A DNA stretch of 64,000 nt, from positions 512,001-576,000 of the forward strand of contig CAVXWZ010000002.1 in the NCBI GenBank assembly GCA_963765575.1. The letters are read 5' to 3'. Within the stretch, counting starts at the first letter, position 1; every line of letters begins with the position of its first letter. Made by a program: the position numbers and the translations under genes. Origin of the DNA: an uncultured cyanobacterium. Its GTDB lineage: Bacteria; Cyanobacteriota; Cyanobacteriia; PCC-6307; Cyanobiaceae. Below, piece by piece: positions 1 through 11,358 of this stretch. Below the pieces are notes generated by a model, which worked only from the letters and a program-made list of their open reading frames with translations, was not told the DNA's origin and searched no databases.

Positions 1-65
1 TGCTGTTGCTGGCGGGGGCCGGAGCGCTGCTGCTCTGGAGCCGACGGAATGAGGTGCGGGCATGA
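1..65 (+). CDS. 3' end of an upstream gene, probably a carbohydrate ABC permease (partial)
   Basis: Open hydrophobic frame (LLLAGAGALLLWSRRNEVRA*). Its TGA at 63-65 overlaps the next ATG (ATGA coupling). Confidence 0.55.
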   Translation, partial: LLLAGAGALLLWSRRNEVRA

Positions 66-874
66 GGCGCAAGGCTCTGGTGGCGCTGCTGCTGCTCTGG
101 AGCCTGGGGCCGATGCTCTGGCAGCTCTACACCTCCCTGCGCACCCCCGAGGCGTTGCTGGCGGGCGCCGCCGGCCTGGGCGGCGGCTGGACCCTGGCCA
201 ACTACGGCGCCGTGCTGGGGGGCGATCCACCCTTCTGGCGCTATCTGCTCAACAGCACCGCGGTGGGGGCCCTCAGCACCCTGCTCACCCTGGCCCTGGC
301 GATTCCCTGCGCCTATGCCCTCAGTCGCCGCACGGGCCTGCTGCGGCTGCTGGTGGGCGGCGGCCTGCTGGCGGCGGCGGTGTTCCCCTACGTGCTGCTG
401 TTTCTGGCCCTGCTGCAGGTGGCCCGCCAGCTGGGCCTGGCCAACAACCTGCTCGCCCTCTGCCTGCCCTACGCCGGCCTGCAGCTGCCGCTGGCGGTGC
501 TGCTGCTGCAGGCGGCCTTCACCGAGCTGCCGGCGGAACTGGAGGAGAGCGCCCTGCTGGAGGGCTTCAGCCTCTGGCAGCGGCTGCGCTGGATCCTGCT
601 GCCGCTGATGGGCCCGGCGGTGGTGAGCACCGGCCTGCTGGTGTTCCTGTTCAGCTGGAATGAATTCCCGATCGCCCTCACCTGGATCAGCCGCAGCGAG
701 CTGCTCACCCTGGCCCCGGCGATGGCGCGCATCGCCGGCTCGTCGGTGTACACCGTGCCCTACGGCGCCTTCGCGGCGGCCACGGTGCTGGGCAGCCTGC
801 CCCTGCTGGCCCTGCTGCTGCTGTTCCAGCGCCAGATCGTCGCCGGCCTCACCCAGGGAGCGATCAAGGGATGA
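62..874 (+). CDS. Carbohydrate ABC transporter permease (MalG-like)
   Basis: Multiple TM segments, EAA motif ELEESALLEG, FSWNEF, and a C-terminal QRQIVAGLTQGAIKG. Confidence 0.93.
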   Translation: MRRKALVALLLLWSLGPMLWQLYTSLRTPEALLAGAAGLGGGWTLANYGAVLGGDPPFWRYLLNSTAVGALSTLLTLALAIPCAYALSRRTGLLRLLVGGGLLAAAVFPYVLLFLALLQVARQLGLANNLLALCLPYAGLQLPLAVLLLQAAFTELPAELEESALLEGFSLWQRLRWILLPLMGPAVVSTGLLVFLFSWNEFPIALTWISRSELLTLAPAMARIAGSSVYTVPYGAFAAATVLGSLPLLALLLLFQRQIVAGLTQGAIKG

Positions 875-920
875 CACCGTCAATCCAGGCAGAACGCCGG
901 CGCCGATGCCCCCTGATTCG

Positions 921-964
921 CCATGACCGCCTCGCCATGACCGCCGCACCATGATGGCCACACC

Positions 965-975
<11 letters not shown>
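921..975. repeat. Short imperfect tandem repeat CCATGACCGCC (about 4 copies) over the ATPase start region
   Basis: ccatgaccgcc at 921, 935 and 963, plus ccatgatggcc at 949. Confidence 0.7.
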
Positions 976-2003
<1,028 letters not shown>

Positions 2004-2070
2004 GGCGCGGCAGTTGGCAGCCCGGAGCGTTCGGCCTAGACCGAACGGCAGACCCCTCGCGTGAGAGCTG

Positions 2071-3999
2071 TTGATGGCCGACCAGCCCAGGCCCTGGTGG
2101 GAAGGCTGCGTGATCTACCAGCTGATGCCGCGCAGCTTCAACGACGCCAGCGGTGACGGCATCGGCGACCTGGCGGGTGTCACCGCCCGCCTGCCCTATC
2201 TGCAATGGCTGGGGATCGATGCCATCTGGCTGACGCCGATCTACCCCTCGCCGCTGCGCGACGGCGGCTACGACATCACCGACTTCACGGCGATCCACCC
2301 CGACCTGGGCAACCTCGACGATCTGGTGCAGCTGATCGACCAGGCCCATGCCCACGACATCCGCGTGATCCTCGATCTGGTGCTGAACCACACCAGCGTG
2401 CTGCACCCCTGGTTCCAGCGGGCCCGCTGGGCCCCCACCGGCAGTGCCGAGCGCGACTTCTACGTGTGGCGCGACCACGACCGCGGCTATCCCGAGGCGC
2501 CGGTGCTGTTCCGCCACTTCGAGCGCTCGAACTGGGAGTGGGATGACGTGGCCCGGCAGTACTACCTGCACCGCTTCCTGCGCCACCAGCCCGACCTCAA
2601 CTACGCCAACCCGGCGGTGCAGACGGCCATGCTCAGCGTGGTGGACTTCTGGCTGGAGCTGGAGGTGGACGGCTTCCGGCTCGACGCCGTGCCGTTCCTG
2701 TTCGAGGCGGAGGGCAGCCGCTGCGAGGGCCTGCCCGAAACCCATGCCTTCCTGCAGGAGGTGCGCGCGCGCGTGGAGGCCTGTGACCGGGACGTGCTGC
2801 TGCTGGCCGAGGCGATCCAGCCCGTGGTCGAATCAGCCCCCTACCTGGCTGCGGGCGAGCTGCACGCCGCCTTCGACTTCGTGCTCACAGCCCAGCTGTT
2901 CGCGGCCCTGGCCCAGGGCCGGGTGGAGGAGCTGCGCGAGTGTCTCGCCCATTCCCAGGAGCTGGTGCCGGGCTGCCGCTGGGCGCTGCCGCTGCGCAAC
3001 CATGACGAGCTCTGGCTGGGGGACGGCCACCTGGTGGAGGAGTCGGTGGTGGAAGCGATCCGGGCCGGCTTCCCCACCGCCGAAGGGCACTGGCTGAACT
3101 GGGGCATCAACCGGCGCCTGGCCCCGTTGCTCAACGGCGATCCGCGCCCCAACGCGCTGCTGCACGCCCTGCTCTACAGCCTCCCCGGCCTGCCCTGCCT
3201 CTACTACGGCGATGAGCTGGGCATGGGCGACTGGCCGGGCCTGCGCGACCGCGACCCCAACCGCACCCCCATGGCCTGGACCAGCGAGCGCAACGGTGGC
3301 TTTTCCAGCGCCCCCGACCCCCTGCTGGTGCTGCCGCCGATCACAGCCCCCGGCTACGACTACCGCGTGATGAACGTGGAGGTGCAGCAGCAACTCTCCG
3401 GCTCGCTGCTCAACTGGCACCGGCGCATGCTCACCAGCCGCCGGCACCTGCCGGCCCTGCGCCACGGCGACTTCAGCCTCTTGCCCAGCGACCACCCCAG
3501 CGTGCTCTGCTTCGCCCGCAGCAGCGCCAGCATGACCCTGGTGATCGCCGCCAATGTGTCCGGCGCCGGTGCCGCCACCCGTCTCGACCTCAGCCCCTGG
3601 CAGGGCAGCCAGGTGCGGGAGGTGATCTGGGGCTGCGAATTCCCCCCCGCCAGCGACGACTGGTTTGTGTACCTGCCCGCCTACGGCTTCTTCTGGTGGA
3701 TGGTGGGAGACGAGAAGACTGAAGAGCCCGCGGACGGGGGGGAGCAGGTGGCCGCCGATGCCGATCCCGACAACGCCGCCGATGCCCCCCCAGCCGCGAC
3801 CGCGGCCAGCGCCGTCAGCCGGCGGCGGCGGAAATCCCCGCGCGCTCCAGCTCCTGCTGCAGCAGCGCCCGCACCGGATCCTGCAGGCGCGCAGCCTCGG
3901 CCTGATCCACAAAGCCCAGCCGGCAGCGACGCTCCAGCACGTCGGCGGGCTCGCGGGCCCACTCGTGCCGCACGGCGTGGCGAACCTCGGCCGCGGTGA
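2071..3999 (+). CDS. treS: Trehalose synthase-like GH13 enzyme (maltose alpha-D-glucosyltransferase)
   Basis: DLVLNHTS, GFRLDAVPFL, LAEA, LRNHDEL, YYGDELGMGD, RTPMAW; low-complexity C-terminal tail. Confidence 0.82.
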   Translation: MMADQPRPWWEGCVIYQLMPRSFNDASGDGIGDLAGVTARLPYLQWLGIDAIWLTPIYPSPLRDGGYDITDFTAIHPDLGNLDDLVQLIDQAHAHDIRVILDLVLNHTSVLHPWFQRARWAPTGSAERDFYVWRDHDRGYPEAPVLFRHFERSNWEWDDVARQYYLHRFLRHQPDLNYANPAVQTAMLSVVDFWLELEVDGFRLDAVPFLFEAEGSRCEGLPETHAFLQEVRARVEACDRDVLLLAEAIQPVVESAPYLAAGELHAAFDFVLTAQLFAALAQGRVEELRECLAHSQELVPGCRWALPLRNHDELWLGDGHLVEESVVEAIRAGFPTAEGHWLNWGINRRLAPLLNGDPRPNALLHALLYSLPGLPCLYYGDELGMGDWPGLRDRDPNRTPMAWTSERNGGFSSAPDPLLVLPPITAPGYDYRVMNVEVQQQLSGSLLNWHRRMLTSRRHLPALRHGDFSLLPSDHPSVLCFARSSASMTLVIAANVSGAGAATRLDLSPWQGSQVREVIWGCEFPPASDDWFVYLPAYGFFWWMVGDEKTEEPADGGEQVAADADPDNAADAPPAATAASAVSRRRRKSPRAPAPAAAAPAPDPAGAQPRPDPQSPAGSDAPARRRARGPTRAARRGEPRPR

Positions 4000-5395
4000 G
4001 GGGGATCACGGCGCTCAGGGGCTCCAGCTCCGCCGCCGTGGCGGCACAGGCCAGCACCGCCTCCACCTGCAGGCCGTGGCTCGCCAGCAGGTGGGCCACC
4101 AGGGCGGGGGGATGGTGCTGCAGCAGGCGCTGCTCCAGCGCCGTCAGCTGAAGGCGGCTGGTGGCGCCATCGGCCGTCGCGCCCAGGATCGGGGTGGTGG
4201 CCTGGGGCGCCGGCAGCGGTCGGCCGAGCTGCTCAGCCACCGCCGCCAGGGCGTCGAGGGCCATCGGCCGGCAGGTGGTCCACTTGCCGCCCATCAGGCT
4301 CACCAGGCCGCAGGGCAGGGTTTCCACCGCGTGCTCGCGCACGATGCCGGCGGTGCCGCCAGCGGCGCCGGCGTCCGGCAGCAGCAGCGGGCGGCCGCCG
4401 GCCCAGCGGCTGGCCACCAGCGGTTCACCGTGGGCCGGGAACCAGCGCCGCACGTAGTCGAGCAGGTAAGACTCCTCATCGGCGCTGGGGGACTCAGCCG
4501 CACTAGCGGGGCAAGCGGTGTCGGTGGTGCCCACCAGCGTGCGCCCGTAGAAGGGCAGCACGAACAGCACGCGGCCGTCGTCGGTGGAGGGCACCAGCAG
4601 GCCGGTGCCGCCGGGGCAGAGATCGGCCTCCAGCACCACGTGCGCGCCGCGGCTCACCTGCAGGCGCGGGGCCACATCGGGCTCGGCCAGCCGGCGGATG
4701 GCATCGGCGCCGATGCCGGTGGCGTTGACCACCGCCGCCGCCTGCAGCCGCAGGGCGCTGCCGTCGCGCTGCTGCAGCACGGCACCGTTGAGCCGCCCCG
4801 CCCCGTCACGCAACAGCTCCACCACCGGCGCCTGGGTCCACACCCGCACGCCCAGGCCGGCGGCGGTGCGCGCCAGCAGCAGGTTGAGGCGGGCATCGTC
4901 GAACTGGCCGTCGCTGTAGGCCACCCCGCCGTGGCCGGGGGCGAGCTGGGGCAGCCGCTGCCGCACCTCATCGGCCGACACACAGCGGCTGGCGCCAATG
5001 CTGCGGCGGCCGGCGAGGGCGTCGTAGAGGGCCAGGCCGGTGCCGTAATAGAGCTTGGCGATCGGCTGGCGGGTGGGCAGCAGCAGCTCCAGGCGGCGGG
5101 CCAGGAACGGCGCCGCCTCCAGCCAGTGGCCCCGCTCGGCCAGGGCTTCGCGCACCAGCTGCAGCTGGCGCCGGTCGAAGCGGCGGAAGGCCAGCTCCAG
5201 ATAGCGCACGCCCCCGTGCAGCAGCTTGGTGCTGCGGCTGCTGGTGCCGCTGGCGATGTCATGGCCCTCCACCAGCGCCACCGCCAGGCCGCGGCGGGCG
5301 GCCTCGAAGGCGATCGAGGCGCCGCTGGCGCCGGCACCGATCACCAGCAGGTCGAAGTGGGGGTTGGGTTCGGCGGTGGCGGCGGCTGTCATCAA
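3815..5395 (-). CDS. glpD: FAD-dependent glycerol-3-phosphate dehydrogenase
   Basis: IGAGASG, GTSSRSTKLLHGGVRYLE, DGQFDDARL, GGKWTT. Confidence 0.93.
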   Translation of the reverse strand: MMTAAATAEPNPHFDLLVIGAGASGASIAFEAARRGLAVALVEGHDIASGTSSRSTKLLHGGVRYLELAFRRFDRRQLQLVREALAERGHWLEAAPFLARRLELLLPTRQPIAKLYYGTGLALYDALAGRRSIGASRCVSADEVRQRLPQLAPGHGGVAYSDGQFDDARLNLLLARTAAGLGVRVWTQAPVVELLRDGAGRLNGAVLQQRDGSALRLQAAAVVNATGIGADAIRRLAEPDVAPRLQVSRGAHVVLEADLCPGGTGLLVPSTDDGRVLFVLPFYGRTLVGTTDTACPASAAESPSADEESYLLDYVRRWFPAHGEPLVASRWAGGRPLLLPDAGAAGGTAGIVREHAVETLPCGLVSLMGGKWTTCRPMALDALAAVAEQLGRPLPAPQATTPILGATADGATSRLQLTALEQRLLQHHPPALVAHLLASHGLQVEAVLACAATAAELEPLSAVIPLTAAEVRHAVRHEWAREPADVLERRCRLGFVDQAEAARLQDPVRALLQQELERAGISAAAG

Positions 5396-6945
5396 AGCTG
5401 GGAGGGGGTGGGGCTGGCGGCTGGTGAACTGGGGGCGACAGCGGGGCTGTGCCAGGCGAGGCTGCGGCGCAGGGCCTCCTGCCAGCGGCCCAGCCAGCGC
5501 TCCCGTTCAAGGGTGTCCAGCTGAGGCTGGAACTGGCGGGCCGGCTGCTCACCGGGAACCTGGCGCCAGGCCGCCAGATCCGCCACCACTCCCCCCTGCC
5601 TAGCGGCCAGCAGGGCCACTCCGCGACCGGTGCTCTGCAGATCCGCCCGCCGCCGCACCACCAGACCGGTGGCGTCGGCCTGGGCCTGCAGCAGCAGATC
5701 AGCCGCCGCGGCCCCGCCGTCGGTGGCCAGCTGGGCCAGGGGTTCCGCCATGGCCTCGCTGGCGAGCTGCACCAGGGTGGCCACCGCCAGGGCGATGCCC
5801 TCCAGGGAGGCCCGCGCCAACTGGGCGGCATCGGTGTCGCGGGTGATGCCGATCAGCAGCCCCCGGGCCAGGGGGTCCCAGTGGGGCGTGCCCCAGCCGG
5901 TGAAGGCCGGCACCAGCATCAGGCCGCTGCGGGCGGCCGCCCGGCTGGCCAGGGCGTTCACCTCGTCGGCCTGCTCGATCACCCCCAGCCCGTCCCGCAG
6001 CCACTGCACCACGGTGCCGGCGTTCATGAGGCTGCCCTCAAGGCAGTAGGTGGCGCGGCCGTCGCTGTCGGGCCAGCCGTAGGTGCTGAGCAGACCCTGG
6101 CTGGAGCGGCGGATCTCCCGGCCGGTGTTGATCACCAGAAAGGCGCCGGTGCCATAGGTGCACTTGGCCTCGCCCACCGCCAGGCAGTTCTGGCCCAGGG
6201 TGGCGGCCTGCTGGTCGCCGAGCATGGCGGTGATCGGCACCCCGGCGAAGGGCAGGCCGGCGGCGATCGTGCCGAAGTCGGCGGCGCTGGGCAGCAGCTC
6301 CGGCAGCAGCGCCTGCGGCACCCCCAGCGCCTCGCAGAGCTGGCCATCCCAGCGGCCCGACTCCAGGTCCATCAGCAGGGTGCGGCTGGCGTTGCTGCGC
6401 TCGCTGGCATGGCGGCGGCCCGCAGTGAGTTGCCAGAGCAGCCAGCTGTCCACCGTGCCGAAGGCCAGCTCACCGGCGGCCGCCGCCGCCGCGGCGCCGT
6501 GCTCGCGCAGCTGCCACACGATCTTGCTGGCGGAGAAGTAGGGATCGGCCAGCAGGCCGGTGCGCTGGCGCAGCAGCGGCTCCAGGCCCTGGCGCTTCCA
6601 CTGGGCGCAGATGGGGGCGGTGCGGCCGTCCTGCCACACGATCGCCGGCCCGATCGGCTCGCCGCCTGAGCGCCGCCAGAGCAGGGTGGTCTCGCGCTGG
6701 TTGGCGATGCCGCAGGCCGCCACGGCACGCCGCTGCTCGGGGCTGATGGCCCGCTCCAGGGCGGCCATGGCCTCCCGCTGGCTGTGCCAGATCGCCATGC
6801 CGTCCTGCTCCACCCAGCCGTCGGCGGGGTAGTGGTTGGCCAGCAGGGCGCTGCAGCTGTGCAGCCGGCGTCCGCTGCTGTCGATAATCGCGGCCCGGGA
6901 GCTGGTGGTGCCCTGATCGAGGGCAAGCAGCAGGGGCGTGGTCAT
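5392..6945 (-). CDS. glpK: Glycerol kinase
   Basis: Starts MTTPLLLALDQGTTSSRA; NQRETT, DPYFSASK, GDQQAA, KCTYGTG. The ORF-track extension to 8250 is spurious. Confidence 0.95.
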   Translation of the reverse strand: MTTPLLLALDQGTTSSRAAIIDSSGRRLHSCSALLANHYPADGWVEQDGMAIWHSQREAMAALERAISPEQRRAVAACGIANQRETTLLWRRSGGEPIGPAIVWQDGRTAPICAQWKRQGLEPLLRQRTGLLADPYFSASKIVWQLREHGAAAAAAAGELAFGTVDSWLLWQLTAGRRHASERSNASRTLLMDLESGRWDGQLCEALGVPQALLPELLPSAADFGTIAAGLPFAGVPITAMLGDQQAATLGQNCLAVGEAKCTYGTGAFLVINTGREIRRSSQGLLSTYGWPDSDGRATYCLEGSLMNAGTVVQWLRDGLGVIEQADEVNALASRAAARSGLMLVPAFTGWGTPHWDPLARGLLIGITRDTDAAQLARASLEGIALAVATLVQLASEAMAEPLAQLATDGGAAAADLLLQAQADATGLVVRRRADLQSTGRGVALLAARQGGVVADLAAWRQVPGEQPARQFQPQLDTLERERWLGRWQEALRRSLAWHSPAVAPSSPAASPTPSQL

Positions 6946-7014
6946 GCGCGGTGTCCTCGGCGGGGGTGCCTGGTTTCGTGCTAGCGCTGCTGGCGCCGAG
7001 CACCAAGGGGATCG

Positions 7015-8454
7015 ATGGGGCTTGCAACACCGGCCTGGGTGGCCGACGCGGTGGTGCTTCAGGTGTTTCCCGATCGCTTCCGCCGCAGCGGCCGCGTGGG
7101 GGCGCAACAGGATCTGCAGCTGGTGCCCTGGGGCAGCCCGCCGGACGGGCAGGGCTTTCAGGGGGGTGATCTGTTCGGGGTGATCGATGGTCTCGACCGC
7201 ATCCAGGCCCTCGGCGTCACCGCCCTGTCCCTGAACCCGGTGTTCGCCTCGGCGGCCAACCACCGCTACCACACCTTCGAGTATTTCCAGGTGGATCCGC
7301 TGCTGGGCGGCAACACGGCGCTGGAGGCGCTGATCGAGGCGCTGCACGGGCGCGGCATGCGGCTGATCCTCGACGGCGTGTTCAACCACTGCGGCCGGGG
7401 CTTCTGGGCCTTCCACCACCTGCTGGAGAACGGCGCGGCCTCCCCCTACCGCGACTGGTTCCACGTGGAGCACTGGCCGCTGCGGCCCTATCCGGCGGCG
7501 GGCGAGAGCTGCGGCTACCACTGCTGGTGGAACGACCCGGCCCTGCCCCGCTTCAACCACGCCCACCCAGGGGTGCGGCGCTATCTGCTGGCGGTGGCCC
7601 GTCACTGGCTGCAGGCCGGCATCGACGGCTGGCGGCTGGATGTGGCCGATGAGGTGCCGCCGTCCTTCTGGCGCGAGTTCCGCAACGCGGTGCGCGCCAC
7701 CCACCCCGACGCCTGGATCGTGGGCGAGATCTGGCGCGACGGCCGCCCCTGGCTGGCGGAGCCGCCGCTGTTCGACGGGGTGATGAACTATCCCCTGACC
7801 TGGCCGATCCTGGGCTACTTCGGGGCGGCCAGCCTGCGCAGCGAGCTGGTGCTGCCGGCGCTCAACAGCGCTCCCTACCAGCCCCTCGACCGGGCCGGCT
7901 TCGAGCGGCGGGTGCAGGCGGTGCTGGGCTGGTATCCGGCCGCCACCCGCCGGGCCCAGCTCAACCTGCTGGACGGCCACGACACCCCCCGGGCCCTGCA
8001 CGTGCTGCGCGGCGACACCCAGGCCCTGCGGCTCTGCCTGCTGTTCCTGTTCCTGCTGCCCGGCGCCCCCTGCCTCTACTACGGCACCGAGCTGGAGCTG
8101 GCGGGGGGGCCGGAGCCCGGCTGCCGGGAGGCCTATCCCTGGGAGCGCAGCCCCGGCCCGCTGGCGGACTGGATCGCCCGCCTGGCGGCCCTGCGGCAGT
8201 CCCAGCCGGCGCTGCGCGCCGCTGAGCTGCGCTTCCTGCCCAGCCACCACGACGACCTGGTGCTGCTGGAGCGGGGGAGCGGGCCGCAGCGGCTGTGGGT
8301 GGCGATCAACCGCGGCGACCAGGAGCTGGCCGTGGCCGCACCGGCGGGGGCCGGCCCGGTGGTGTGGCCGCAGGCGGGGAGCAACGCCAGCGACAGCGGC
8401 GCCTGGCGGCTGCCGGCGCGCTCAGCCCTGCTGATGGCCCTGGAGCAGGGCTGA
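7015..8454 (+). CDS. GH13 neopullulanase/cyclomaltodextrinase-like alpha-amylase
   Basis: QVFPDRF, GGDLFGV, NHRYHT, DGVFNH, DGWRLDVADEV, GEIW, GHDTPR. Confidence 0.9.
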   Translation: MGLATPAWVADAVVLQVFPDRFRRSGRVGAQQDLQLVPWGSPPDGQGFQGGDLFGVIDGLDRIQALGVTALSLNPVFASAANHRYHTFEYFQVDPLLGGNTALEALIEALHGRGMRLILDGVFNHCGRGFWAFHHLLENGAASPYRDWFHVEHWPLRPYPAAGESCGYHCWWNDPALPRFNHAHPGVRRYLLAVARHWLQAGIDGWRLDVADEVPPSFWREFRNAVRATHPDAWIVGEIWRDGRPWLAEPPLFDGVMNYPLTWPILGYFGAASLRSELVLPALNSAPYQPLDRAGFERRVQAVLGWYPAATRRAQLNLLDGHDTPRALHVLRGDTQALRLCLLFLFLLPGAPCLYYGTELELAGGPEPGCREAYPWERSPGPLADWIARLAALRQSQPALRAAELRFLPSHHDDLVLLERGSGPQRLWVAINRGDQELAVAAPAGAGPVVWPQAGSNASDSGAWRLPARSALLMALEQG

Positions 8455-8488
8455 GCGCGCCAGCGAACACCGCTGAAACCCGGCCCGC

Positions 8489-9379
8489 TCAGACCATCGG
8501 CAGGGAGAAGCGCATTGAGAGGTCGAGCCAGGGGCTGCGGGTCACCGGGGCGCTGGTGGAGATCAGGTCCACCCGGCTGGCGGCATAGGCGCGCAACCGC
8601 TCCGGCGCCACACCGGAGGCCTCCAGCACCGGGGCGCCTCGCCCGGCCGCAGTCGCGGTGCTGGCGGCCAGCTGGCGCAGCTCGGGCACCAGGGCACTGA
8701 GCTGCTCGGGGCTGAAGCCATCCAGCAGCACGCCATCGGCCCCGGCCCGCACCGCCGCCCGCGCTTCGGCCTCGGTTTCGGCCTCCACGATCAGCCGCGC
8801 CGGCCAGGGGGCCTGGGCGCGCACCGCGGCGATCGCCGCGGCCACGCCGCCGGCCCAGGCCAGATGGTTCTCCTTGAGCATGGCGGCGTCGTCGAGGCCG
8901 AGGCGGTGGTTGATGCCGCCGCCACAGCGCACGGCGTATTTCTCCAGCATCCGCAGGCCCGGCGTGGTCTTGCGGGTGTCGGCCAACCCCACCCCCGTGC
9001 CCTCCAGCTCGGCCACCAGCGCCGCGGTGGCGGTGGCGATGCCGCTCAGGCGCATGGCCAGGTTGAGGGCGGTGCGCTCGGCGGCCACCAGGGCAGCGGC
9101 CTCCCCCTGCAGCTCCAGCACCACCTGGCCGGGCCGCAGCGCCTCGCCGTCGGCCACCAGCACCTGCACCGCCACCGCCGGATCGAGCAGGGCGAACAGG
9201 GGCCCCGCCAGCACCCCGCCGCAGAACACGCCCGCCTGCCGGGCGATCCAGCGGGCCGAGCCACGGCGGCCGAGCAGGGCCGGGGCGCTGAGGTCGCCGC
9301 GGCCGATGTCTTCAGCCAGCCAGGAGCGCAGCTGGGCCTCCAGGGCCGGGGTGAAGGCGAGGGTGGGTGGAGCGGCCAT
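8489..9379 (-). CDS. nadC: Nicotinate-nucleotide diphosphorylase (carboxylating)
   Basis: [40 protein letters not shown]. Confidence 0.95.
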   Translation of the reverse strand: MAAPPTLAFTPALEAQLRSWLAEDIGRGDLSAPALLGRRGSARWIARQAGVFCGGVLAGPLFALLDPAVAVQVLVADGEALRPGQVVLELQGEAAALVAAERTALNLAMRLSGIATATAALVAELEGTGVGLADTRKTTPGLRMLEKYAVRCGGGINHRLGLDDAAMLKENHLAWAGGVAAAIAAVRAQAPWPARLIVEAETEAEARAAVRAGADGVLLDGFSPEQLSALVPELRQLAASTATAAGRGAPVLEASGVAPERLRAYAASRVDLISTSAPVTRSPWLDLSMRFSLPMV

Positions 9380-9440
9380 GGCTCAGGCTGCCGCGGCGGC
9401 TGGGCGGACGCTAGGCCGGCGGGCCCTGGGGGGTCGCGGC

Positions 9441-10835
9441 TCACTTGCCGATGCAGAAGCGGGCGAACACCCGATCCAGCACCGCCTCGCTCACCGCCTC
9501 GCCGGTGATTTCGCCCAGGGTCCGCACCGCCTCGCGCAGGTCAATGGTCCAGAAGTCCCAGGGCAGCTCCTGGGCGGCGGCCTCGAGGCTGCGCTGCAGG
9601 GCCACGGCGGCGGCGGCGGCCAGATCCCGCTGGCGGGTGTTGAGCGCCACCTGCAGGCCCTCGGCCGGGGCGGCACCACAGCGCCGCAGCAGTTCCGCCT
9701 CCAGCTCCTGGCGGCCGGCGCCGCTGAGGGCGCTGAGGCTGAGCTCGGCCGGCGGCGGCAGGGCGCCAGCGCCGGGCTGGCCGGGGCCGGCCACCCGGCC
9801 GGCGGCAATCCCGGCGGCATCGGCCTTGTTGCCCACCAGCAGCAGCGGCACGCCGAGCGGCACCAGGGCGCGCAGCGCCTCGTCCTCAGGGGTCCAGCCG
9901 ACGCTGAGATCGAACAACAGCAGCACCCCATCGGCGGCGGCGAGCGCCTCGTGGCTGCGGGCGATGCCCAGCCGCTCGACGCGGTCGTCGGTGGGCCGGA
10001 TGCCGGCGGTGTCGAGCAGGGTGAGGGGCACGCCCTCAAGCACCAGCTCGCTCTCAAGCAGGTCGCGGGTGGTGCCGGGCAGGTCGGTCACGATCGCCCG
10101 CTGCCGCTGGCTGAGCAGGTTGAGCAGGCTGCTCTTGCCCACGTTGGGGCGGCCCACGATCGCCACCCGCAGGCCCTCGCGCAGCAGCTCCCCCTGGCGC
10201 CCCTCGGCCACCAGCTGCTCCAGCTCCCGACCCACCGCCGCCAGCTCAGCGGCCACGGCCTCGCCATCGAGGGGCGGCAGATCCTCCTCGAAGTCCACCC
10301 GCGCCTCCAGCTCGGCCAGCTGATCGAGCAAGCGGTTGCGCAGCCCGCCCAGGCGCCGCTGCAGGCCGCCGTCGAGACCGGCCATGGCCAGCTGGGCGGC
10401 GCGGCGGCTGCGGGCCGTGACCAGCTCGCCGATGGCCTCGGCGCGGGTGAGATCCAGGCGACCGTTGAGGAAGGCCCGCTGGCTGAACTCCCCCGCCAGG
10501 GCCCGGCGGGCGCCGGCGGCGAGCACCAGCTCCAGCACCCGTTGCACCGCCACCAGCCCGCCGTGGCCGTGGAGTTCGACCACGTCCTCGCGGGTGAAGC
10601 TGCGGGGGGCCTTCATCAGCAGCAGCAGGGCCTCATCCACCCGCTCACCACTGGCCGGATCCACCACATGGCCATAGAGCACCCGATGGCTGTCCCACAC
10701 CTGCCGACCGGGGGCCCGGAACAGCTGGCGGCCGATCGCCTCCGCCCGGGGGCCTGAGATTCGTACGATCGCAATGCTGCCCTCACCCGGTGCCACGGCC
10801 GTGGCGATGGCGGCGATGGTGTCCGTGGCGCTCAT
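9441..10835 (-). CDS. mnmE: tRNA modification GTPase
   Basis: DTIAAIATA, GRPNVGKSSL, PGTTRD, DTAG, NKAD, C-terminal FCIGK. Confidence 0.97.
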   Translation of the reverse strand: MSATDTIAAIATAVAPGEGSIAIVRISGPRAEAIGRQLFRAPGRQVWDSHRVLYGHVVDPASGERVDEALLLLMKAPRSFTREDVVELHGHGGLVAVQRVLELVLAAGARRALAGEFSQRAFLNGRLDLTRAEAIGELVTARSRRAAQLAMAGLDGGLQRRLGGLRNRLLDQLAELEARVDFEEDLPPLDGEAVAAELAAVGRELEQLVAEGRQGELLREGLRVAIVGRPNVGKSSLLNLLSQRQRAIVTDLPGTTRDLLESELVLEGVPLTLLDTAGIRPTDDRVERLGIARSHEALAAADGVLLLFDLSVGWTPEDEALRALVPLGVPLLLVGNKADAAGIAAGRVAGPGQPGAGALPPPAELSLSALSGAGRQELEAELLRRCGAAPAEGLQVALNTRQRDLAAAAAVALQRSLEAAAQELPWDFWTIDLREAVRTLGEITGEAVSEAVLDRVFARFCIGK

Positions 10836-11325
10836 GCCCCCATTTCAGCCCCACGCCTCACCCTTGCCGGCCCTGCTGCAGCGGCTGCTGACACGCGGCC
10901 GGGAGCTGCTGGCCTGGCTGTGGTCCCAGGAGGGCAGCCACAGCCAGCGGGCCCGGGGCCTGGCGGCGGGCATCTTCTGCGGCTGCTTCCCGTTCTTCGG
11001 CCTGCAGACCCTGCTGGGGGTGGCCCTGGCCTCGCTGGTGCGCGGCAACCACCTGCTGGCGGCGGCCGGCACCTGGATCAGCAATCCCTTCACCTACGTG
11101 CCGCTCTACTGGTTCAACTACAACCTGGGCTGCTGGCTGATCGGACCGGCCGAGGCCTGGCCCGGGATGGCCGCCCTGCAGGCCGACAACCTGGGCCAGC
11201 TGGGCTGGAGTGTGGCCAGCCGGCTGCTGCTGGGCTCCACCATCGTGGGGCTGGTGGCGAGCGCCGCCGGCGGCGGGCTCTACTGGCTGTGGCTGGAGCG
11301 GCAGCAGCGCCGCAACACTGACTGA
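10834..11325 (+). CDS. DUF2062 family membrane protein
   Basis: ARGLAAGIFCGCFPFFGLQT and GTWISNPFT. Start uncertain (ATG10834 or TTG10864). Confidence 0.8.
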   Translation: MPPFQPHASPLPALLQRLLTRGRELLAWLWSQEGSHSQRARGLAAGIFCGCFPFFGLQTLLGVALASLVRGNHLLAAAGTWISNPFTYVPLYWFNYNLGCWLIGPAEAWPGMAALQADNLGQLGWSVASRLLLGSTIVGLVASAAGGGLYWLWLERQQRRNTD

Positions 11326-11357
11326 GCTGAGCTGAGCTGACTGAGCTGAGCTGAGCA
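11317..11357. repeat. CTGAG pentanucleotide microsatellite between convergent genes
   Basis: actgactgagctgagctgagctgactgagctgagctgagca, about 8 units including two 4-nt variants. Confidence 0.9.
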
Positions 11358-11358
11358 C

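Noticed and set aside
3815..3999. Long convergent 3' overlaps (treS/glpD; also 52183-52253 and 54889-54989)
   Set aside because: Low-complexity tails caused by scarce stop codons at high GC; no evidence of function.
5392..8250. 952-aa extended glycerol kinase
   Set aside because: The N-terminal part is the antisense shadow of the GH13 gene; GlpK homology begins at 6945.
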